Of a stretch of 64,000 bases of DNA, positions 36,760 to 49,525 are shown piece after piece; the first letter of the stretch is position 1, and each line of letters opens with the position of its first letter. Location of the stretch: positions 7,130,001 to 7,194,000 of the forward strand of contig JAWMAR010000070.1 in the NCBI GenBank assembly GCA_036785375.1, in the 5' to 3' direction. The stretch is from Leucoraja ocellata. Its lineage: Eukaryota. Position numbers and translations under genes: made by a program. The notes under the pieces are model-generated. The model made no database searches, was not told where the DNA came from, and saw only the letters and a program-made list of their open reading frames with translations.

Positions 36760-39700
36760 GCTAGTTTGTACTAGGAAATGTAATGTCCTGCAGATCTTTG
36801 CTGTAAGTAGATTTAATAAACATGTGTTGTATCTTGATATGTGTCCGACTCAGCTCATTACATGATGTCCACCATGTCATGTTTTTTTAATTAGGTTATG
36901 TGTCTACTATATCCATCATGACACATTTTTGTCGCCTTCCTAGTCCTGTGATCTTTGACTCTGACACTGCTGAACTCTGACGTCTTTTCGAGCATGACTA
37001 CACTCATTATGCTGGCATTGTTCATCTCAACGACCCCCCCCCCCAATGTGCGTGCTTTTGTGTTGCTCAACTTAGCGGGACCTGAAGCTATGAATCGCGC
37101 TGGCAATTTCACATTTGAGCCTGCTGTTCTGGATGCTAATGGTCAGGTCCTGGCGCCTGCTGAGACGAATGACGACCCTGCTGTCTTTCTTGCAAAGTTC
37201 AGATGGTTGTGTGACCTGCACTCAAACTATATTATTGAACGGAGGTACACAAAAATGCTGGAGAAACTCAGCGGGTGCAGCAGCATCTATGGAGCGAAGG
37301 AAATAGAAACATAGAAACATAGAAACATAGAAACATAGAAATTAGGTGCAGGAGTAGAGGCCATTCGGCCCTTCGAGCCTGCACCGCCATTCAATATGAT
37401 CATGGCTGATCATCCAACTCAGTATCCCATACCTGCCTTCTCTCCATACCCCCTGATCCCCTTAGCCACAAGGGCCACATCTAACTCCCTCTTAAATATA
37501 GCCAATGAACTGGCCTCAACTACCCTCTGTGGCAGAGAGTTCCAGAGATTCACCACTCTCTGCGTGAAAAAAGTTCTTCTCATCTCGGTTTTAAAGGATT
37601 TCCCCTTTATCCTTAAGCTGTGACCCCTTGTCCTGGACTTCCCTAACATCGGGAACAATCTTCCTGCATCTAGCCTGTCCAACCCCTTAAGAATTTTGTA
37701 AGTTTCTATAAGATCCCCTCTCAATCTTCTAAATTCTAGAGAGTATAAACCAAGTCTATCCAGTCTTTCTTCATAAGACAGTCCTGACATCCCAGGAATC
37801 AGTCTGGTGAACCGTCTCTGCACTCCCTCTATGGCAATAATGTCCTTCCAGGCCAAAACCCTTCTTCAGACAGGTTTCGGCCAGAAACGTTGCCTATTTC
37901 CTTCGCTACATAGATGCTGCTGCACCCGCTGAGTTTCTCCAGCATTTTTGTCTACCTTTGTTCCATTTGATCTTCCGTTTGTGCACGTCGAATTGATTGC
38001 ATTAGTCGAAACAGGGCGGACCTCGTGAAGGTTGCAATCTTCCACCCCTGACATATGACGAAGGAATGGATCGAATGTGCTTGTATTCACTGGAATTTAG
38101 GATGAGACTGGAACTTATAAAAACATATAAAATTCTTAAGGGATCGGACAGACTAGATAGATGCAGGAAAAATGTTCCCGATGTTGGGGGAGTCCAGAAC
38201 CAGTGGTCACACAGTTTAAGAATAAGGTGTCGGCCATTTAGGACTGAGATGAAAAAAACCTTTTCACCCAGAGAGTTGTGAATCTGTGGAATTCTCTGCC
38301 ACAGAAGGCAGTGGAGGCCAATTCACTGGATGTTCTCAAGAGAGAGTTAGATTAAGCTCTTAGTGCTAACGGAATCAAGGGATATGGGGAGAAAGCAGGA
38401 ACGGGGTAATGATTTAGGATGTTCAGCCATGATCATATTGAATGGCGGTGCTGGATCGAGGGGCCGAATGGCCTCCTCCTGCACCAATTTTCTATGTTTG
38501 TGCACAATCCCAACAAGGGTCAAAACTGGACTCTAATCAGCTGTTGCAACTGTGCAAGAGGCCAATGTAAGGGAGGCTCAGTGATACAGCAGTAGACTTG
38601 CTGCCGTACAGCGCTAGTGACCCGGGTTCAATGCTGACTGTAGGTACTGTCTGTACGGTGGTTGTACTTTTTCCCTATGACCGTGACGGTTTCGCCCAGG
38701 TGCTACAGTTTCCTCACAGATGTCAAAGACGTGCAGGTTTGTAGGTTAATTGGCTTCAGTAAATTGTCCCTTGTGTGTAGGTTAGAACTAGTGTACGGGC
38801 GATCACTCAAGTTCAAGATTCAAGAGAGTTTATTGGCATGTGTCCCTGATAGGACAATGAAATTCTTGCTTTGCTTCAGCACAACAGAATATAGTAGGCA
38901 TTTACTACAGAACAGATCAGAGTTTCTCCAGCATTTTTGTGTTCCTTTGATCTTCCAGCATCTGCAGTTCCTTCTTGAGCATATTATTGAACGGACCAAG
39001 TTTTATGCTCGTATGCAACAGGTTGGTGAACCAAAGGTTTTATCAGTGACTTAAAACAAATGGCTGCACGCTGCTAATTTCGAGATCTGTGCGATGAACT
39101 CATCCATGACAAAGTTGTCGGAGGAATGCTTGATAGCAAGTTACGGGGTGAACTTCTTTGTAATACTGACCTAACCCTTAATCAAGCAGAGCATGCCTGT
39201 TGGATGCTGAGATAACATCTTCCCACACTGAGTCTGTGTCCTCTGGTCACTGTTCGCAGCATAGTGTTAATCTTGCAGACTACTCCTCTTGTAACACCCA
39301 CACAAGGTCTGTTCGATGTCAAAATTGCAACTATTTTCTTGCTAGGTGTCAGCAGTTCTGCGTTGCTTATGGTAAAGCCTGTAATTTCTGCAAGAAGTTA
39401 AACCACTTTTCTCGATGCTGCCGTTCCCGTGTGACTCAAGCAGCGTCAAGGATGAGCCTGCACCTGCTGCAACATGAGCTTGTTGATAATGACTTCCAAG
39501 AGCTTGATTTGCCATCCCCCGCTCCACTCTCAGAAAGTACAGATACCAGTTCTGCAACCCATTCTCCCCTCCCTTCGTCTAACAAGCAACTTGACCCTGA
39601 GGTAACCATGTTTGTGATTAACAGGCCTTTAATCGCTAAGGTTGATACTGGCACAAAATGCAATGTCATCTCGTTAACAGAGTTTTAAAAATTCGTTATG

Positions 39701-40816
39701 CTGCATGTATTGAAAAGGCCTCGGCCACGCTTTGGACTTACGGGGGAGATGTTCTACACCCTCTTGGACAAGCTGATTTAAAGTGCACCATAGACAAGCA
39801 GACTCATACTTTAAAGGTTTATATTGTTAAGGGGGATTCAGAGACTTTGCTCAGTATCAACGCAATCCACGATCTAGGCCTGGTATAGTTTGGCTACGCC
39901 GTCCATCAAGACTTTCTCGCTGATGGACACACTCAACAGGTACTCTCTCAATACAAAGATCTGTTTAACGCCAAGCTTAGCAAATTGCCTATCAAATACC
40001 ACATTGTTGTCGATCCCAACATAACTCCTGTGGTCCGAGAACCGCATCATGCTCTGCACGCCATGCGTGGCAGAGTAAACAATGAACTCAAGCGGATGGT
40101 CTCCATGGGTGTTATTGCCGAGGTTACAGACCCATCTGACTGGGTTTCCACAATGGTGGTCGCAACAAAGAAAAACAAAGAGGAGATCCATATCTGCATA
40201 AACCCCAGAGACCTTAACTGCCATCAAACGGCCACACTACCCAATGCGATTATTAGAGGAAGTTGCTGCTCAGGTAGGCAACACTTCAGTATTCTCCATT
40301 CTGGATGCCAAGAGCTCATTTTGGAAGATTCCACTGGACCCAGACACGTCAAATCTCATTTCATTCGGCACCCCCTTTGGCCGATACAAATTTCTGAGAA
40401 TGCCCTTTGGCATCAACTCTGCCAGCGACGTTTTCCAGCGCACGATGGAACAATTGTTTGTTGAGTACCCATGTGCCATCATTGTTGATGACATTCTCGT
40501 CTACAGACGTGATTGGACTGAACATGACGCCAATCTGAAGAAAGAACTATACAATGCCAAAGACATTCAGCTCAAACTCAATCCCTTGAAGGGCAAGTTT
40601 CGAGTTCCAGAAGATACTGACGTTGGACATGTCTTCACAAGTGATGGTCTCAGACCAGACCCATCAAAAACTGCACCTATCAACAAAATGCCGGTTCCTT
40701 GGAATGGTCAACTACCAGGGGAAATTTATTCCCAACCTCAGCGACATATCTGCCCCCTGTGGGAACTGACACACAAGGACGCTGCATGGTCATGGTATCC
40801 GCAGCACCAAAGAGTT
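36760..40816 (+). mobile_element. Decayed Ty3/Gypsy LTR retrotransposon (gag-pro-RT remnants), interrupted at 37244-38980
   Basis: Zn knuckle CNFCKKLNHFSRCC, protease KVDTGTKCNVI, RT LDAKSSFWKI...RMPFGI...IVDDILVY. Many stops and frameshifts. Boundaries are approximate. Confidence 0.8.
37306..37848 (-). mobile_element. CR1 3' fragment with (TTTCTATG)n tail
   Basis: ORF 37419..37856 is the CR1 ORF2 C-terminus. (ATAGAAAC)n at 37302-37340. Confidence 0.85.
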
Positions 40817-41607
40817 TTCCATCAACCGTTCCTCAGCCCACCTGGCCATTATTTCAGGATGCTGCTGCAATTTATCACAACCATCTCCACTATCTGCAAA
40901 ACCGCCTACTTTTGTGTCATCTCCCTTTACTTCTGTCCCTGTTTTGTTCCTGACAACATTCCCTTTTACTTTTGTTCCTGTTCTCAACACCTGCGGACTC
41001 CATGATTTTCCACATGTTGTTCCGGCCCCGTGTGGTCATGGACAATGTTGGACACAGCTCATAGAAGCCGGCGATGTTGCCCGTAGTGAGCAAGAGTTGC
41101 ACAAAGTTCACACCCAACTCAATGCCGGCGTACAAAGAATCACTCACACCGGCTGTCTTCAAGAGAGTTTATTTCCATTAATGATACATTTACCGATGCA
41201 AGCACGATCTGTCCCATTGCACTACATTTGCCCCATATCCCCCTAAACCTTTCCCTGTCCCAAGTGTGTATTAAATATTGTTACAATTCCCACCCCACCA
41301 GACAGTTCTATAAACCCACCGCCCCCTGAGTGAAAATGTTGCCCTTCAGGTTCCTATTAAATCTTGCCCCTCTAACCTTAAACTTATGTCCCCCTGGTTC
41401 TTGATTCCCGTACCCCAGGTAAAATATGTTTTGTGTTCACCCCTCTATTCCCCACATGATGAATTAAGTGACTACAATATAGAATGCTGTTGTTGGCCTA
41501 AGTATGTGGAGTTTATAATGATGGATGTTATTGTGTGTTTGTGCTGTCCTGCCACTGCCTGTTGCTTCTGTCACATGGGGGGGCCTGTGCTGGGTCAGTG
41601 TGAGGTT

Positions 41608-42123
41608 TCACTTCACTGTCAGCTTGATATTTAGTCTACATTCCTTTTGGCCAGTGAACCAAGAGCAGGAATATATCCCAATATCAGTCTCGAGTAAACC
41701 TATGATGACCAACGAGGCATCCCGTGTCCCATCCACGTTTGTATTCATGAACCTCCAGCGGCCGACCCCCCCTGGATAAGTCGCTCCTTTCCCTTTAGTA
41801 AACACGCCCAGTATCCCGCTCCCTTTACTCCAGGTGATCATAAAATCCGCGGGTCCAGTCTTCCCTGTGGGTACTTTACAGGGTAGCGTAGCAGAACCAC
41901 CCTTGCGTGCCGTCACATCCGTGAATTTCATCTTGGTCGCAGCTGGCTTAGCACCGCATTCTGGAGAACTTTGTTTTTTGACTTGTCGAGGCTCCCGTGC
42001 GTTCCACCCGGGCAAGTTTGCTTCCTCTCCCCATTCTCTGGAGATCGGACCTGTTCCAGTTGCGGAGACTTGCCACACCATCTCCACAAGGACCATGAAT
42101 CCTATCCATCTCTGCAGTCCCAT
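41608..42123 (-). CDS. Secreted single V-set Ig-domain protein, type A copy 2 (171 aa)
   Basis: Paralogue of 9634..10146 with GGSATLPC, ITWSK, DASLVIIGLLETDIGIYSC and CRLNIKLTVK. Confidence 0.85.
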   Translation of the reverse strand: MGLQRWIGFMVLVEMVWQVSATGTGPISREWGEEANLPGWNAREPRQVKKQSSPECGAKPAATKMKFTDVTARKGGSATLPCKVPTGKTGPADFMITWSKGSGILGVFTKGKGATYPGGVGRWRFMNTNVDGTRDASLVIIGLLETDIGIYSCSWFTGQKECRLNIKLTVK

Positions 42124-42812
42124 GTTCCTGTGGGTGAAACAATGGGTCACCTTATTGCAACTCAGTAGGATTCATGATGACATTCCCTGAAGCTGCTGCC
42201 ACCACACTGGGCAATGTCACTGTGCAGCTTCTACAGCTCCCGCCTGGTTTAGTTTAAGTTGCTTTGACCTGTCGTGGACCAACAACATTGAAGTGGCAGC
42301 CAAGGAGGCACACCAATGCATCGACTTCCTCAGAGACAGAGGAAATACGACAAGTCTCCAATGTCTCTTAGAAACTTCTACAGATGCACCACAGAGAGCA
42401 GACTGTGGGGTTGCATCACAGCTTGGTTTGGGAACAGCTCTGAGCCCAAGACCACAAGATATTGCAGAGTTGTGGATGGAGCCCAGTCCATCACACAGAC
42501 CACACTCCCCACCAGTGACTCCATCTACAACCAAAAAAATCAAAGTCTTGTCCCACCCCGGGCATTCCTCCTTCTCCCTGGTCCTGTCTAGCAGACGGTA
42601 CAGAAGCTTGAAAGCGCACACCACCTGACTCAGGAACAGCTTCTTCCCCTCTGCTATCAGGCTTCTGAACTGGGGGAACAGTGAACAGAGACAATCCCAC
42701 CCCCATCACTCACAGACACTTGAAGGATCCACAGGGTTGGTTACCAGCTCCGGAGTCTCCACACAGGGTGACGGGGTCGGTCTTGTTCTCATCTCCTGCC
42801 ATCACTCGCTCC

Positions 42813-42889
42813 TTTTATACCGACTCCCGGCTTCTCCTGCCCCTCATTGTCTGCCCTCACGTACATTCAACCAATCACTGCCTCCCACG
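42813..42889 (-). promoter_or_regulatory. Promoter of A2 (ERSE 42871-42889, TATA 42813-42819)
   Basis: Same cassette in reverse orientation. Confidence 0.6.
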
Positions 42890-43094
42890 GAGCATTGGCC
42901 GGAGTCAGCCGCGACCTCTCCACTCTCTGCCAAACGTGTCGTTGCATCAGCCGTTAACGTTTAACAAGAACAACGTCATCCCAGCTGCCAGCGGCCAACC
43001 AGGCGCCCCACACATCCTGCTTGTGTCTCCACCACGTCTCGCTTTGGCCACCCATCGGACCAGATGTCCCAGCCACGCCACGTCACCACCACAG

Positions 43095-44046
43095 ATTCAG
43101 ATTCAGATTCAGATTCAATTTTAATTGTCATTGTCAGTGTACAGTACAGAGACAACGAAATGCATTTAGCATCTCCCTTGAAGAGCGACATAGCAAACGA
43201 TTTGAATTAAAAAAAAAAATAATAAGTGTCCGGGGGGGGGGGGGGGGGGGGGGGGTGATTGGCAGTCACCGAGGTACGTTGTTTAGTAGAGTGACAGCGG
43301 CCGGAAAGAAGCTGTTCCTCGACCTGCTGGTTCGGCAACGGAGAGACCTGTAGCGCCTCCCGGATGGTAGGAGGGTAAACAGTCCATGGTTGGGGTGAGA
43401 GCAGTCTTTGGCGATGCTGAGCGCCCTCCGCAGACAGCGCTTGCTTTGGACAGACTCAATGGAGGGGAGCGTGGAACCGGTGATGCGTTGGGCAATTTTC
43501 ACCACCCTCTGCAATGTCTTCCGGTCGGAGACAGAGCAGTTGCCATACCATACTGTGATGCAGTTGGTAAGGATGCTCTCGATGGTGCAGCGGTAGAAGT
43601 TCACCAGGATCTGAGGAGACAGATGGACCTTCTTCAGTCTCCTCAGGAAGAAGAGACGCTGATGAGCCTTCTTGATCAGAGTAGAGGTATTGTGGGTCCA
43701 AGAGAGGTCATCGGAGATGTTGACTCCCAGGAACCTGAAGCTAGAAACACGTTCCACCTCCGTCCCGTTAATGTGGATGGGGGTGTGCGTGCCGCCTCTG
43801 GACTTCCTGAAGTCTACAATGAGCTCCTTGGTCTTCTTGGAGTTAAGGGCCAGGTTGTTGTCAGCGCACCATGCTGCTAAGTGCTGGACCTCCTCCCTGT
43901 AGGCCAGCTCATCGTTGTTGCTGATGAGGCCAATCACCGTTGTATCATCTGCATACTTGATGATGGTGTTAGTACCATGTACAGGTGTGCAGTCATAGGT
44001 GAAGAGGGAGTAGAGGAGGGGGCTCAGCACACAGCCCCCTCAGCCC
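43095..44046 (-). mobile_element. 5'-truncated Rex1/Babar-type LINE with uninterrupted RT C-terminal ORF (43266-44030)
   Basis: LSPLLYSLFT, IKYADDTT, KTKELIVDFRK and QRLFFLRRL motifs. (GAATCT)n tail and CCACAG direct repeat. Empty site at ~11070. Confidence 0.85.
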
Positions 44047-46702
44047 CCACAGCCCTTGGCACCTGCGCTGGTTCCACAGTTTATACTCAATCTGAGCCGG
44101 CAGCTGGGATGGCGTTGGATCAATTCTTCCTTCCCAACAACCATCAGGCTGTTGAACACGACACGACACTGAGGTCAACAATGAACATCTATGGAACATC
44201 TTTGGTTGCACTAAGGATGTTGGCTTTTCACACTAGTATTGTGCTCTCTCATTTATTGAATTCTCTTTGAAAATTGAGGGGGGATCTTATAGAAACTTAC
44301 AAAATTTGTAAGGGGTTGGACAGGCTAGATGCAGGAAGATCGTTGGGGAAGTCCAGGACAAGGGGTCACAGTTTATGGATAAGGGGGAAATCCTTTAGGA
44401 CCGAGATGAGAAAAAGTTTTTTCACACAGAGAGTGGTGGATCTCTGGAATTCTCTGCCACAGAAGGTAGTTGAGGCCACAGTTCATTGGCTATATTTAAG
44501 AGGGAGTTGGATGTGACCCTTGTGGCTAAAGAGATCAGGGGGTATGGAGAGAAGGCAGGTACGGGATACTGAGTTGGATGATCAGCCATGATCATGTTGA
44601 ATGATGGTGCAGGCTCGAAGGGCCGAATGGCCTACTCCTGCACCTATTGTCTATGTTTCTATGAAAGCTAGGGCATAGGAAATAGGTAACGTTTCGGGCC
44701 GAACCCCTTCGGGATTCGGCCCGAAACGTTGCCTATTTCCTTCGCTCCATAGCTACTGCTGCACTACTGAGTTGGATGATCAGCCATGATCATATTGAAT
44801 GATGGTGCAGGCTCGAAGGGCCGAATGGCCTCTACTCCTGCACCTATTTTCTATGTTTCCATGTTTGTTGCTTGTTACATATTTTGTTGCTTTATTGCTT
44901 TTAGTGGTTTATTGCTTAAAAGGCTCCTCAACAAAGGACACTTTCCAGTCATGGGTTTCCTTCCTGTTCCCCAGGCTCAGTGACTGATGACCAACAACTG
45001 TGGAGGAGCCATGGTGTTGATGAAGCCGAATTTTAGTTAAAAATATAAGAAGATATTAAATTGGCTTCTGGGCTAGCTTACAGCTTATATTTAGTGTCAA
45101 ATTAAACTTTCCTCAGGTTGCGGGGTGTGTGAGATAACATTGTCTCCCAAGTGAAGGAGCTAGAGAGATATCTTTGAAAGTAAGATGCCATAAACCAAAT
45201 GACCAATGTTTATGGGGGAGGAGGCAATAAAGGAAGAGAGAAATAGACAGTCACATCTTTGTAAACAAATGACCTATGTTTATGAGGGACCAAATGACAG
45301 AGGAAGCAGCGAAAAGAGCTAGGGTGGTCTATTTGGAGATAAGGCAAATGGCCAATGTTTTTAGTATATCTTGTACCATGTATAAAAAAAGGTTTGATGT
45401 GATGCATTCTGTGGAAACCTTTTCCAGTACCTCTGACCATGACTAATGTCTGTGGAATGTGATAAGGGGACAAAAAAACCCTATTTAAAGCAATGTAATT
45501 CTGTTGTTCAGAGAAGGTGGCTGAGCACAGTCAAGTGTCTGTGTTGGTCACATGACTGGAGTTCTCCCTCCCTTCCATCGGCCGATGTTAAGTAAAGTTT
45601 TGAACTGGTCTACCAAACAGTTTGTGTGGTGTCTGTTTATTAAGAAGCGAACCTGGTTTAGTAGTTAAGATAAGTAACTTTTTCATTGGCGTAGTTATGC
45701 AGGCCTCGCTGGGACCACATCAACGGCTGACTGTGCAAGAGGTTGCGGAGGTTGCCGGGATTGGAAGGGAGATAACTGAGCTCTATCGGCCCCCTTGTAC
45801 GACCGACTCCCTAGAAACTCCCGGGAACGTCTGTGATCCTTCATCAGAGATTGAATTGGTTCCCTGCCGAGGGTCTTAGCAACAGACAAAGGTCAGACCA
45901 GTTGGGCTTTATATGTTTTTTTTAAGAGGGGATTGTGTATGTATTTTTAAGGCAGCATTGTGCATGTATTTTTAAGAAAGGTCTTATGTATATTGTTAAG
46001 AAGGACGTGAGTGGTTCCTCTCTCTCTCTCTCTCTGTCTATCTCTCTTTGTTTTTTTCTCTCTCTACTAAGGGCTCATCAGCGTTGTTGAGATATCCGTG
46101 ATTTGTCGGGTTGAGATACGGGGGTTGAGGTGTGTGTCTGGCTTATTGAGACATCCGAAGAGTTGTCGGGTTGAGAAATAAGTGACATTGTATATTACAG
46201 TATTAAGAAGTCTACCAAGTTGAAAAAAACTGGGGTCTCGGTTAGCGGGTCTGCTTCATTGAGACACTTGGGTCGTATATTAAAGAGTTAAAAAAGTCAG
46301 CCAAATTGAGAAACTGGGGTCTCATTTAGTGGGTCGGCCTGGTTGATATATTTGGAACGATTCGGAATTAAGAAGTCTGTTTTCTCTCTCTCTCTTTCTA
46401 TCTATCTATGGGGAATGCTATTGATACCGGTCCTATATATGTGTTATTTGAATCCTATGTATAATAAGAAATTTAGAATGTTAAGTTACAAGTTGACCAA
46501 ATGGTTAGGGGATGAAGCCTGGCCAGTAGGGGGCACATGGAATGTTGAGACAATTAAATAAGCAGAGGTGTTGATATGGGAAAGGAAGACAGGAAAGAAA
46601 TGGAAGAAAGGAATTAAAACATGGAAATCAGGAACAGAGGAGAAGCATGAGGAGAGTAGAGTTCGAAGTTGGATGGATACTACATGTAAGAAGGGGATAG
46701 AG

Positions 46703-47735
46703 TAGGTATGTTACAAAACTTACCTGAATCGTCAATGAGAATCTGCCATCAGGCCGTGTGCGTGATTTTGGCGCTGTTTAGAGGAGACAGGTTTAAAACG
46801 AGATTTTTACTAGGCTGTTGCAATCGAAAATGTTCAGCCTAGTAAATCATTAACGGAGAATCGCTGGGGGACCCCGTCGCAAAGGGTGTTATTGGTTTTT
46901 ATGGCCTTGTATGGTGGTTGTAGTAGTTTGGAGGTCACTCTCTAGATCCGCGACCTCTCGCAGGCCCAGGGTTTTATAAAGCAAACAATTAAAGGTATGT
47001 ACCTTATTTTTACATTAAAAGGGGCTTCTTAAGAACCTTAAAGTTTTCTATAGCGAGTAGCTCATTTTGGGCTTTTTATATCCCGCAGTATTTTTCTGGG
47101 CATTTGAGGGCACAAATCCAGCGCAATGTGAACGTTCTAAACCAGCGCATTCACAGGAACCCACTAGAAAGCAGATTTAAAATAGACTTTAATTTACAGC
47201 AATTGAACACTAAATTCCTTCCATTTGGCCTATAAATTGATGTAAATGAGATTTTAAAATCATGTTTTATTGTGAATTATTTGTGACTATTATTTGGACA
47301 CTTAGGCTATTTAAAAATGTTAATCATTTATTAAGAAATGGATAGATGTTTGGATCTAGTAATTGAAGTTTGAAATTAGCTACAATTGGGTAACTAACTA
47401 ATTATATGCTTTAATTTCAGGTCATCCAAGTAAGATTATTTTATATTTGTTTCAGAATGCTTCAATCTATGATAACTGAAAATTTCATTCAGTTCTCTTA
47501 ATTTTTAAGAAGGTTATGGGCTTTTGACTGTCGATGATCACAGTTTTTTTGTTATGTCCATAGAAAATCAATAGGGAACAAGATGCTAATTCCCGAGTAT
47601 GAAAATGGCCATAATTCTTTTATTACTTGAGATATGAAAGTGAATTAGGTGTTAAATTAAACATTGTTATGCTTTATCTGATGGGATAAATTGCAGACTT
47701 GATTTTTTAAATCTCACAATTTTGTAACATTGCTA
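46703..47735. mobile_element. Duplicate of the hAT-like MITE in ERV copy 2
   Basis: Same TIRs and flanks as 482..1516. Confidence 0.65.
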
Positions 47736-49525
47736 GATAGAGTTAAGAAACAAGGATAGCACTCGGAAAGGATGGAAATTAGTGCAACTAGAATGCCAGT
47801 GGGCAGAGGAACAAGAGAATAGAATTAAAAGACAGACTGGAGGTGAGAAACAAGTGATGGTTCGTAAAAAATAAACCCAGTACTGGTAAATCCTCTGGAG
47901 GAGACTTCATGTCTGGCACGACAACCCTATTTGGTAATGAAGATGAGGAGTTAGATAATCTTGAGAGATGTCTACCAGTAGCAATGGCATCTTTACCTGG
48001 GACAGTTCCGTCAGTAACATCCCTATAACTTGAAGTTCTGACATTACAAAGCTCCCCAGGATTGGGAGCACGGGAATCCCTTTCTGTGTGTAACTTGTTT
48101 AAGGCATTGATGCTACCAGAACAGCTGGTCATTATTAAATGTACTGCATACACTGGTGCTGGGGACCCTATAGCAAAAGGCAATGAGTTGCCGATAGTGT
48201 ATCCAAACAGGCAGCCTGTACATCCAAATGCATAGTGACAGCAGCTAAACAGATGCTAGCAAATAGAACGGTCCTGCCAAACATGAGGGAGGTATGTACA
48301 TTACAGAGGGACGCCTCTTATATATAAAATAACTATGGAAACAAGAGGGCTGTGCCATTAATTCAGCACACCCCGCTTGGACAAGTTGGTGTATACGATA
48401 CATTTTTACCCGTCTTACCCATGCTGGTAAGGAGGGAATGATAGGATAACAAAGGAAATGTGGTGGCACCCGAAAATTTGATAAGAGGCACTGAAGCAGG
48501 CCTCTGAATGTAAAATTTGCCAATGAAATAATCCAGGCAAACCAATTAGGATACCCTCAGGGGTGACGCCAATGCCATCATGATCGTTTGAATGCATACA
48601 GATTGATTTTATTGAGATGCCAAGGGCCCAGTGTTATAAATATTGCGTATTGATTTTAGATTTATTTAGTAGGTGGAGTGAAGCTCTACCAACCACCAAT
48701 AATAAGGAAAATGTGCACATTTTAATATCTGACAGAAATTCACTGTACACACCACCCACTGGTATCTGGGATGGTGGAAAGAGTCAATGGGGATTGCAAA
48801 ACAAAATTACCCCGGAGGTAAATCCTTTTCCTGACAAGCAACTATGTTATAAAAATTGGGGATGAAGGAAAATTCAATGGAGAAATGAGGATAGAATAGG
48901 GAGACTGAATAGTCAAGGGCAGTCTGACTAATCATGATCTGGATCAATGTCCAATTAGGGTTAGGTGACCAGGATTTTGGTCAACAGAAGTCTTGTCAGA
49001 AAAAGGGAAAGTAAATTACAAAGAGATGTCTTTGAAGATGAAATATTATATACTGCTGGTAAAACAATGTTTTTGTATATGTACTGCTTGTAAAACAATG
49101 TTTTTTGTATGTGGAATGTGTGAAATTCGAAGCAATGAGCAAAGTTGTGTGTCGCTTTAAATAGTTTGTCCTTTAAAATGCAAATAGACAAAGTTTATGG
49201 TGTGCTCAGTTAAAGAAACAGGCATGAATGGGGGGCGGAGCTATACTCGATGATAAAATGTGTTGGTTGATTATAAATCTTTTGAACCAAGTTTAAAAAA
49301 AAAGACTCATCCCGATTAAAGTGTTAAATGAGATTGGAAATGTCAAAATTACAGAGAAAAGAAAATGTATTATTGATTACTGATTCTGAATGAGTTTTTT
49401 TGGGAAAGATTGTTTTGATATGATAACAGAGGTTGTCTTTTAAAATGTAAATGAAGCAAGATTACTGTTTTCAAGCAAACAAAAAGATGTTGCTGTAGCA
49501 TGTGCTGTGTGAGTGAAATGAAGGT

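Noticed and set aside
37850-37900. Hammerhead ribozyme in Penelope-like repeats (CTGAAGAAGGG... on the minus strand)
   Set aside because: The CTGANGA box is not followed by an intact stem II-GAAA in any copy I could trace, so at best it is a degraded remnant.
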